Below are positions 53,433-64,000 of a stretch of 64,000 bases of DNA, piece by piece. The stretch spans positions 2,232,001 through 2,296,000 of the forward strand of contig NC_134029.1 of assembly GCF_964204645.1 (NCBI RefSeq). Direction: 5' to 3'. Below the pieces are notes generated by a model. It made no database searches, had not been told where the DNA came from, and saw only the letters and a list, made by a program, of their open reading frames with translations. Position numbers and translations under genes: made by a program. The DNA is from Tubulanus polymorphus (Eukaryota > Animalia > Nemertea). Position 1 is the stretch's first letter. Every line of letters begins with the position of its first letter.

Positions 53433-54124
53433 GTGAGATTTTACTGGCAATTTTTTTTGTGGTGTTGAGCTTTTTGTTAAATTGGTAAAAATTGTCATTA
53501 AGGGAAACGATTTCCTTTTTATCCGTTATTCGGCGATATTGATTTTAAGACACAGCAATCGCAATCCCAGGAGGAGGGAGGTTTTGAAACGGGAGAAAAC
53601 TCCATCGCATAAAAACAAGTTGTCAATTATCTAAAGTTCAAATTCATTAAAGTCACAGTATGCTCTTCCTAGAACGTGATTTAATGTGGATCCCGTTCAC
53701 CACGCTTCTTTCTCGTTACACCTAATTGGCATTAATTTGCGTATACATAATCCTCGACAGCGGTCGTTCGTTGAGTCGCGCAAAAATTAAAACAATTCCA
53801 ACTCATTTATCGCGTTGCCAATTAGGAAAATGTAGTTTGACAACAGTGTCTGATAATTCGTGTGACAGTCTAACTGGTGGTATGCGGTGGATTCCTGCTG
53901 ATATACCAGGGAATATACCTCCTCCTCTTGTCTCACCGAGTCGTGTCGCTAATAAGAACATCAAACTAAATTACTATGGGTCTCTTAAGCGACGGTCGCG
54001 CTCGATTTATCAAATTGTTGTAATCAATGTAGTCAATTATACCGAATTAGGAAGAGCAGATTAATTTTGTATCGAATATTCGTCGAGTGAGGGATTGAAG
54101 TTGTCCTATTCGTTGGAAGGTTAA

Positions 54125-54240
54125 ACGGGTTCAAGGGCTCAAATCCTGGTGGGGTAGAGTTTCTTGACTGGCCTATCAGAGATACCCCGAACCTGCTGAT
54201 AGTGTCCTGGGACTCAGTGGGTAAAGGGAATTTTTTTTTG
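54125..54240 (+). mobile_element. Possible decayed SINE fragment
   Basis: GC-richer island with B-box-like GGCTCAAATCC and a T-run at its end; no clear A box. Confidence 0.25.
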
Positions 54241-54754
54241 TAAGGTTCGTACGTAGGCCTACATCTCTGCTGTTTGATTCAAACCCCAAACTATCTATTT
54301 GCGAGAACCGAAAGCTTATTTTGGAAGCGTAGCTTATCAGATGGGCTAACAGATGATTTGTTGTTTCGTGCGAGGCTGACGCATGACGTCTTATATAGAC
54401 ATGTCAACTATTACTTTACTTCAAAAACATACATCACGAAATGAAACTGACATCCGTAAATTACAACTGTTATTTGTCTGATGGTGATGAATGTGTAAAT
54501 GATGACTTGTATCTATTTGTATCCCCGTGTTGACAGGTTGACGTCAAAAGGCACGAACGAAATTAACACTTTGAAATCATTCATCTTTAGATATAACGTC
54601 ATAGATAATATTCTCGTACCTATCAATTTAAACCGTAAACGAATAACAGGTTTCAAATTGTGGACTTGTCGTCGCTGTATTGAAGGGTTGTTTCAAACAC
54701 AGCCAATTTGAAGTCCCACAATAGAGTTTTATTTGTAATAAATTAATGTGTTAG

Positions 54755-54854
54755 AACGAAACCACAACATTTCGGTTATCACTAGGTGGAATCACGTCAT
54801 CATTGCCACCTGATGAAAGCTGTTAGTCACCAGCCGTAACGTTTTGGTTTCGTT
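54755..54854. mobile_element. Inverted pair of decayed minimal hammerhead-ribozyme motifs (Penelope-like element terminus relic)
   Basis: Right arm CCAC-CTGATGA-AAGCTG-loop-CAGCC-GTAAC-GTT-TTGGTTTCGTT; left arm (reverse strand) AACC-GAAAT-GTT-GTGGTTTCGTT. Their consensus gives CCAC-CTGATGA...C-GAAAC-GTT-GTGG with a closed stem I. Confidence 0.6.
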
Positions 54855-57800
54855 TTGGTTTCATCTTAATTCATCTACAGTTTACACGGATATTAGAGTG
54901 TAGCCAATTTGATATTAAAGTCATCGATATTGAAATGGGTTTTTTGATTAGATGAACCATGTTTGAATCATGAGCTCCAGACATTGCTCGCTGGTGGATC
55001 ACAATGAATAGTTAACTAACAGTATAAACCTCGTCAGTTTCAGTGTGGTCTCTCACCTCACCACTGGTTGCGTCGTCCATGCCGATCGGTCGTGTCAGGT
55101 TAATTTAACTAATCAATATACCTTATACGGTATATCGTTGCACCCTTGAAGTCAATCTGCTGCGTGTCTGGTAACGGAGAATAGATTCCGTGCGCTGAAA
55201 AAAATATACCCTAGAGATTAATTAGCGACAGTCGTCGCAATTAACAGCACGGTCTGTCGAGATGTAGAGCGATGTCGGCTTTGCATCTATGTAACTGCCA
55301 ATTTGAAAACCAGAAACGGAAAAATGGCTTGACTTCTTTTTGTGCGCAATCGACTTCCATGTTGTTCTTAATAACGTAGCGTGAACGCGGCATTAGTCCT
55401 AACAGCGTAAAGACGTAGATCATGGTTATTATTCTGACTTGTATATTTCATTTCATAAATAATTTATTCTCTTCCATTCTGATTTACCTGTAGGAATCGT
55501 AAGATAGAAGCATATATAGTGATGATTCTTTGATAAACGTTGAGTTCATATATATCCCGGAACCTGCAACTTCCGGATCTAGTATTAATCTGCTTCACGA
55601 GGTTGCCTCGGTGATTAGCTAATTGGTCTAATACGGATACACGAATCTAAGATCCACGAAGGTCTCCTGTTACGTTCATATCATGTGTACTCTTATATAG
55701 AACTCGTTTACAGCTACAGCAATCACTCGAAATTACGTCATTCAAACACTTTTTCTAATCAGTAATCTTTGCCCGTGTAAATACAGCGACTCATCCTCTG
55801 GGATTCCGTATCTAAACCTCACAAAAACTTTCAACAGACCCAGTTCTCACATAGCGCAGAAGAAACAATCATTTTAAACTGAATTCTTCGCATGGCTCGT
55901 TCCCTAGAATATCCCAGGAGTAAAAACGAATTCAAGAAGTCGACATTATTTAACCTCGGAATCTTTCAACTAAGTAGTGTCGTCTCCGGTGGTTCTCCGA
56001 TGCCATCAATTTCCATCCGTACCTTGTTCTCTTATTTTACATATATGTATATATTAAGATAAAGGAAGACAAACGACGGTAGCATTTTTTTATAGTTTTG
56101 TTGTTGAGCATTTTGTCGCAAAACGATTTATGCTGTTCTTGGTCAAAACTTAGTAACTTTCTAGTTGTGCCCGGGGCATGACACAGACATCAATTTAGAA
56201 AAAAAATAACGTTTCGATCCATGCGTTTAGATTGTATTCGTCTCCGGATGATTTAAAGCCAACGTATTTCTTTTCATTCGGTTGAGGATTTAAAAACATT
56301 TTCGTTCTGACAAGATCAAGTGAAAATTTGGAGAGATTTCACCTGAGGGAGGCATCGACTTCTTGTAAACGCGGAATCGATGTCTTAACTTACACGAGCC
56401 ACATCAAATGTTTATTTTGAATGATGTATCGGCGACTGAACAGCAATTCCACTTCAAACATCAGTCCACTTTCAGCCTTCATGTACGACATTCTTTTCAT
56501 TTCTCCGATGAAAGTGAAGCGGACATAAACAAAAATCAACATAAGCCTCTTCCAGCCGGCACTGTTGAGTAAACCACGCCTGTGGATGGTTGATTCTCAC
56601 ACGCGTTTAGAGACATGTTTTGGTCAAACTGTTATTTCGGAACCTCAAGTGCTTTTCGCTGTCATTTTATAGATCGAATATTTCGGGAAAATACGCTTTA
56701 TGTTACGAGTTATGATTTTAGGACAAAAAGATGTCCGGTTCTATTAGTTATTATTTTATGACCACTGATATTTTTCCGTCGCTCAAGATGTCGTGTGTCG
56801 CGGATACTTGTGCTAAATCCAGTCGAGTTGAAATGTGAATGGAGATGTCCCGTGTTTTGTGTACGAGCAATTAACTTCATTAACCACGTTAAATTCATAT
56901 ATATGCAAAATACTAGTAACCTGTTCTAGGTATGACAGTGCCAGTGCACAATTCAACGGTGTTGTTTTTCAATTTCAAACCAAGTTTTTACGAATTTCAC
57001 CTATTTCTATTGTTTGTTCGGTAATTAAGGATGGATTTCGCTGATTGGCCGCGGTTTTTTCGGCAACTTCTCGTAGTAGGAGGTAAACATGATATCATCG
57101 TCTTCACAAAATATATGTAAGACTACTCAGTGAGACTGGTCTCTGAAGACAGTGGTATACATTACTAAGACCCTAATCGATACAACGGTTTTATGTTGAT
57201 TCAAACATTGTCCTAGTCCAGATCGATGTTAGAGGTGCGTGTACTCCTTATTTGTTCTTACAATAATGTCTACACCATTCTCAAACAGTAAGCTTAGATG
57301 TGGATTGTTTGTGCCTCGTATTCCGGCGTCGATCCGAATTCGATTAAGACAATAAATTTTCCATTGATGTATTAGAGCTTACGATAATTGAGTAAATATC
57401 CCGCAGTCTGTTTAACGATACCGCGCTCTTTAAATGTCTCCAGATCTCCAGATATTTAACCGTTTGACTTGAAATATATAAATTGAATTATCAGACCCAG
57501 TGGTAGGAGATGGGAACCTGGAAGTTTGCTCCTGTGCGTAAAGAGGAGTTGCACATAAATATAGGTTTTAGATTCTAGAAACAAGAAGGTTATTGGAAGG
57601 AGACCATTTTATAATAATTCGGTTCCTACTCTTTGGTTACATCAGTTTCAGCTTTCAAATCCAGATTGAAAACATATTGGTCAATTCTACCTTGTAGTTT
57701 TGTGAAGCGCACCCTAATATACCATATCATTATGATTTAAAGTATTATGAGGTAGTCAAAAAAGAAATGTCGTCGAGACTGGAAATACCGACACCACCCT

Positions 57801-60800
57801 TGTGTATACCACGTATATGTAATCGAGTTATTTCGAGTTGCCCTCAAAGCTGTGACTTTCAAAATGCTGTATAGCTCGGCTTCCCTCGAGTCACTGTTAC
57901 TTTTAACGGGGCTAGTTTCAAATTACGCGGCATTCAAATTCATACTTGATGTGTACAAGGATTGCAGAACTATTCATACCGTCAAACTCTGCTACATCAT
58001 CACCATAGATTATATACATTTTTTGTTATTCATCTTGTGTTGGGCATTAGGCCTGAAACCGATCGGTTAGTATAGCCTTTTGGTTTGACTATTTTGTCCA
58101 TTCCCCTTTTTATATATATCCACTATAAGTAGTTATGGTGAAAATAATTTTTTTCAAAAAGGAGATATATGATATCAGCATAACTCTCCGCTCCAGTTAC
58201 CGATCATGTTTGGAGTTGAAATTATCCAAATTTTCTACCTAACTGTGGTAAAACGACATTTAATACGTGAATAACCTTCTAAACATATCGCATATAAGAC
58301 GTTATTCGAAACGAATAAACACATAAGCCGGGCAAATCTTAGTAAGTAGCAAATTGTCTATCTCATATTTCTCGTTAAGACGTAGTTATAACTATGTGAG
58401 TAACAACCAATCGGCGCTATCATATTACTGTCTTCATCACATGTAGACACCTATTAACAACACCGATTTTTCCCAATCATCTTTCACTGACGAGAATCAT
58501 TCTCGCGAATCATTTTCATCGCCGATAAGTCGTCAGTCACCAGCACGAATTTTTTGTAAACCGATTCGATTTGATTACTCGGTAACAATGTAGCGACCGA
58601 TATTTTCTAAGTTTTCCATCACCGTCTAGTGAGCGCACGCTTTGCGCGCGTGAATTCTAATGTAAGTTGTATGATTTCTATGGTTTTTCTGCGATATTCT
58701 TTCTCTATTCATATAGATTTCCCTCCTTCAAATCATTCACCCGTCGGCGCAGCTGCGACGTCACACATTAGTCTCCGTACTCTCTCGGTCTCGATGGTCG
58801 TATTTTCTTCTATTCCCGTCTTGACAATGATGGACACGACTCATCGTAATCCGCGACACTTTACGCCGTTTTGCCGATAGCATTTGTCCAGTTGAATGCT
58901 TCAATTTCCCGCGTACAAACCAATCTAACCGCCGTATGATATTCAGTTTGCAAACACTTTTTGACGGCTGCGTACGAAAAGAAGTTCGAGGGCACCGGAC
59001 ATCGTTTGTAGCGCGGTTATTACGGGTTGCGGTGGCTTGTAGTTCGTGGCAGCAGCCAATGTTTGATGATTGATTATCCTTAGCGCGCTGGCAATCATGG
59101 CGATGCTATGATCGTTAAGAGAATGGTCGCGTTGGGAGAATTTACTCATACATGGATATATATATGTGTCTACTACAAACTGTCCGACGATATTCATCAT
59201 CAATGAGCCACTTATTATTTACATGTCTCGTGGGATTGAGCGTGGATATAAAATCTAGCCCGATAATATGTCTGCTGAATCTGTGGTCGGCTTAGTTGCC
59301 ATCGTTAAAAATCGGTCTCCTCAGCGCTGTTTCGAGTCGGCGCTATTCATCTTACAGGTTTGTGTCTGGTTACGGATGACAGGTCAGACAGGACGTATCT
59401 ATCCCCGGTGTCTTAACGCACGCGCGCTGTTTCTTTCACGTTGTCGCGCGCCGTGAAAAGATCGAATTAACTTTGTCGGTGATCGAGCGACGTTCGCACA
59501 GACTAATACATCGATCTTTTCATTGTAACTTGATCCCGACGCCATTAGACTCATTTCCAGGTGTCAGTTTGTGCAGACATTCGTTTTTGACTCATCTCGA
59601 ATATGTGTTTCCGTGCTCGAGCAGTCCAGCCACGGATTGAGTTACGCGAGAGAGAAACCTCCATCGTGGCTTATTGTCTACAAATCCCTCCGAAAGCCAT
59701 TAGTCACATTATTATATACCCGTTCACTGTGTAAAGGTGAAGAGCGGGCACAACGTGCATCCTCAATTCCTCATACGTCATACTTGTAATTCTGAAGTGT
59801 GTAATCTTTAGCGTATTTCTAAAACGCACGATTTCAGTTCAATTAGACATCCTCATTACCGATGATATGGTGACGGTTGTCTGAGTGTATTCATACTCGT
59901 TACCAGACATCTCACTACCTCGTGTTCAAGTGTTCTTTCGCTACCAAGATTTTTCATCATCGTTAAGAACTAGTTTCTATACGAAAAGTCATAAACTACA
60001 TAATATACAATATCGGAAACGAGGTTTCTACATGAAACCATGAATGAATGTACAGCGCCCTTTCCGCAGAGAATGTTCAAAGATGCAAGGATATCATTGC
60101 TCGAAATTCTTGTTCACGTTCTTAATTCCTTCTAGAAGGATCAGATGTATTTGAGGATATAATATCTAGTTTAAATGTCGTTGATACAATCAGGCATGTT
60201 TGTAATGATAATGTTCGCGATGACGGTGGCGGCTCCTGGACACCAGAACTACAGCCACTGAGTCCCTCTTATTAAGTTGATTGACAATATCAGAGTTGTT
60301 GTTGTTAGTTCTAGACTAAATCACCCACTCATCTACTCACAAAGTAGCCGTTGATTTCTTGCTAGACTAAGCTAATGTTATATGATTTGTAGTTGGCGAT
60401 GATGACAATGTTGGTCACAACGCGACGAAAAAATCACCAGTCCGAAAGAAATGCGTCTAAACGAATATTTCGTGCGGCAGTAAGAGTGGCCAGGATTACT
60501 AATCGTAATTGCATTGCTTGTTCGTCCGTCGCACTGAAGATGTGTCCGAAGAGGCATTGATTGTATTGGGAAAACCATCTGATCTTTAAACCCTAATGTC
60601 ATTACTGCGGATTCTGGCGCACTTAGTTCTGGTTTCAAGAAGCAATTTGTTTCATCTCGATGTCGATGAAGAATTCCACCGCGCTGGCCCTGATGCGCGC
60701 GCGTATATACTTATAGGATTCATGCGCCATGTATCAAACGGTAAGTCGACGTCAGACGTTCGCCAAATCCGATGACAGAATACGGGCCCGGAGCAGGGCC

Positions 60801-63408
60801 GTTTATACCCGACTCGTTCAGCTAGTTCATCCGCGGAGAGTCTGATGAGTATTAATAAAATGTATCGAGGCTGTCATCGTTTCGATGTTGTAGTTGTCAG
60901 ATTTAAGCAAGGTGCACGATGATCGATAGCGAGCTGTAAAAACTTTATGAAACGGTTTGGCGCGGTCGAGATTAAAATCGCATTTCGAATGTGTTCACTG
61001 CGCTGTTGTAAATGGCGCTCATAAATTTACCGACTCGAACAGAGAGTGAAGCCGCTCTCGTTATAGCTGATGATGTTGTTTTCTATGCAGCCTACTCGCC
61101 TTCTGGTCTGAGGACGTTAGATCAATTTCAGTGCAGTTTCAACGAACCGAACTTTGCCTTTCTCCACCCCACAGGTAGCCAGGAGGGTTCACATTGAAGT
61201 CGGTGAACTATATTCTTTATTTTTTCTGTTGATGAAATAAATTCACTGCACCAGATCGTGCAGCACACGTTACCTACCGAGGATTGTCATTGATTGATTT
61301 CAAAACATCCAGACACTACAGACACTTGTCGTTTCTTAAAATACACCTAATAACACTACAGACAGACAGACAGATTGTATCGAGGTCTCATAGTTTATCC
61401 TCGTGTCCTCTCTCATCCTTCGATATAATCTTCAGCTATATTTTCATAAGTCTGGTCGGATATTCCCTGTGGGGTGTAGTATCATATACGGTAACTATAA
61501 TGGCAATTGATTTTTGTCGGAGGATTTTAGCCGCCGTAGGAAAAAGAGAATTTTCCCAATGTCTGATGAGTACGGCGTTGTGCCGGTGGTTGCTGTTCGT
61601 GGTGACAGGTTTTCAGTAGTAAGCTTACAGACCGTCGCGTCAATTTTGATATTCTCAAAGCGTGATATCTACACCATTAGTTTATCATGGAGGTCTCTAT
61701 CGTGGCTTTTATTATTTCATTGTTTCATCAAACATTGGACGCCCTTCAGGGGGTATCATGTATAACGATGACGACTAATGGAAATTGATTTTTTTTTGAA
61801 AACGAGTAGGCTCGGGGATATACGTGTATCTATAATACCTATAACACGTGAAGGTCTCCGATAGCCGCGGGATGTTGTGGTCTCGATTCATGGCGTCCTA
61901 ATGCTCCGCACATCAGTGTTTTTTCCATGCGCGTGGCTAAGTTCATTGGCAGCAATTTACCAATTTGCGCCCGATCCACGCTAAATAACAAGGCTTATTA
62001 TTATGCAATCAATTTGTGTTTGTCTTGGACGTTGTAGCGGGAAAAGTGAGCGGGAATATTGGATTGCGATGAGTATTGTTCCTGCTGCGGCAATCAAAAC
62101 AAAAACACCTACAACCGACGCGACACACACTGAGACACAAACTTCATTCTATTTAGAGAATTATTATTCGTGTAACTTGTTTCGTTCTATTTGGTTCGAT
62201 CTTTTATTGAACGATCTTCCCGGACATCAAAACCGTAGGGGTACGTTTAGAAATTGAAGCTTCAATCTGATTTATCTATCGTCTAAAACTTAGACGAATT
62301 TTGATTACGAGTTCAGTGAAGAATTTGTAACAGTTTCCTATGAGTTTGTGGTCGATGTTGTGCGTGAAGTTTATTCGCACAGGTGCCAAAATCCATTACT
62401 GATTCAAAAGTTTCAGGACTAGGATTACATTAATAAATTCATGTTGTTTTTTTTTTATTACGAGAGAAAACTCGCAGCACGGATTTATCGTTTGTTTATT
62501 TACACGCCCTAATCCTACTCGCGTTACTCTAATATCAACCCGTCTATGATCTATAGAAATATCGGTGTCCATATCGTCAGATTTCAGCAGTCGTTCGCTT
62601 TATATGAACACATAAAATATTGACGCGTTTCAATGTACGCAACACCTTTCAACATGGAAATCTCAGCTTACATTCTCTTTGAAAAAAAATCTATAATCCC
62701 CGATTGTACGGATAGTTAAATCCTCTTTTATCCAAAGAGGTGTGATGAACGATGGTATGTAAGATTAGTAGAATATAAGGCGCGCCGCCAGTATCATATT
62801 GAACTATTATCGATCAAAATGTTAAATCCATTTTGTTCTTACCCGAAGTCATTGGTCAGATTTCAAAGTGCGAGTCGTTATCGGAAACGTTAGGTTGATG
62901 TTTTGTTACAATTTCGCATGAAATGAAATAGTTGTTTAAATGGTCGATTCAAGGTCTATAGAATACTGATGAAATCTAGTGTGATTCGCGTGGGATTTGA
63001 AAAAGGAGTCAAATCTGGTCACACCTCGAAGCGTGAATGTGTTTCAATTATTTTGAAAATTACGATTTCTCATTTGCCTTCCAAACTTTCATTTCCAATG
63101 CCAATAGGTGCTAGCTATTTACAGTTCGGTTTTGCCGATCAGGGGCTGACTTTGAGTGTGATATTAAAGTATATTTTAATTACCTCCGGTAGAAAAAATG
63201 ATTATTACAGCAGAATTTCTAATGCGTTTTTATTTCTTAATCGGCTTAAATTCTTTTTCGAAAGTGGATTTCAATATCCATTTTCCAAAGCATTAATGAT
63301 AAGATAAATGAACGATGTCTTTACGAGTATATACACAAACTGCATGTATTTAATGACTTTGAAGCTAATAATTATTTATTGTTTTCTTGTTTTTGCTATT
63401 TTGTGCAG

Positions 63409-63433
63409 CCAACCAGGAACAAGCACAACGCAT
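63409..63433 (+). CDS. Candidate 25-nt protocadherin cytoplasmic microexon
   Basis: CTAAT branch-like motif, long T-rich tract and TGCAG acceptor (AG 63407-63408), then GTAAGT donor at 63434; open in all three frames. Confidence 0.5.
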
Positions 63434-64000
63434 GTAAGTGATTTACATTAGACTGTTGTGTATTAGCATTTCCCTCAACCCCGTAATGAAAAAGCATATC
63501 TATATATATATTTCAATATTCGCTTTAAGCATGGCACTTATGTCTTTGAATTTCTGTACTTGCTTCAGTCTAATATATGTCTAATTGTAAAGGTGCTGTC
63601 TGTCAAGTTCATCCCCTGTGGTTCAGATCCGGGGTGCAAAATCAAAATACTTCCTCCATTTCTTTCTATATTCTCATTCTTTTTCAATAATATCAATGCA
63701 TGCGTTTTAATCGTTCAGTAGTGTTTCACCTTCAGTTTGTTTATTCTCTGTTCTTCATCACTTCTTTTGAGACTATAATTGTCACCATTTAATAATTCAG
63801 AGTTTTAGAAAATAATTTACTTCCACGCATTTTGAGATTTAATGAAACTCGTGTAGTTAGATAGACTAGATCTGCTCTAGTATAGACGGTTATCATACAA
63901 GGACATGCGTGATAGACATTTTCCATTGCATTCGAGTTGTTTCAGAGAAGAAACGCGTGTTCTCTGCAGTGCTCTATTTACACCCAATTCGTCGTGAAAA

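Noticed and set aside
56205-56252. Second possible hammerhead relic (minus strand ...GGATCGAAACGTT)
   Set aside because: No intact CTGANGA box and no closable stem I.

Overview
AT-rich eukaryotic DNA from a non-vertebrate bilaterian. GT-AG introns, retained CpG and a 7-EC protocadherin fit a lophotrochozoan or invertebrate deuterostome (inference). Three protein-coding genes are supported. (1) The 5' three coding exons of a folate-receptor (FOLR/riboflavin-binding protein family) gene on the minus strand, running off the left edge. (2) A complete 4-exon SUB1/PC4 gene, head-to-head with it (ATGs about 550 bp apart). (3) A delta-1-type protocadherin whose signal peptide, seven cadherin repeats, TM helix and proximal tail sit in one 2.9-kb exon (50568-53432), continuing beyond the window. 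The about 47 kb between SUB1 and that exon has no credible ORF. It looks like the protocadherin regulatory domain or 5' intron, with candidate non-coding first exons and CTCF-, YY1- and Pbx/Meis-like motifs. It also holds small hairpin (MITE-like) repeat families, a tRNA-derived relic, microsatellites and a 29-bp minisatellite. The best leads are a head-to-head pair of decayed Penelope-type hammerhead ribozyme motifs (54755-54854), candidate 5-nt and 25-nt protocadherin microexons, and a possible multi-promoter/CTCF layout on a single non-clustered protocadherin. I cannot demonstrate a new biological system from sequence alone; these are hypotheses.
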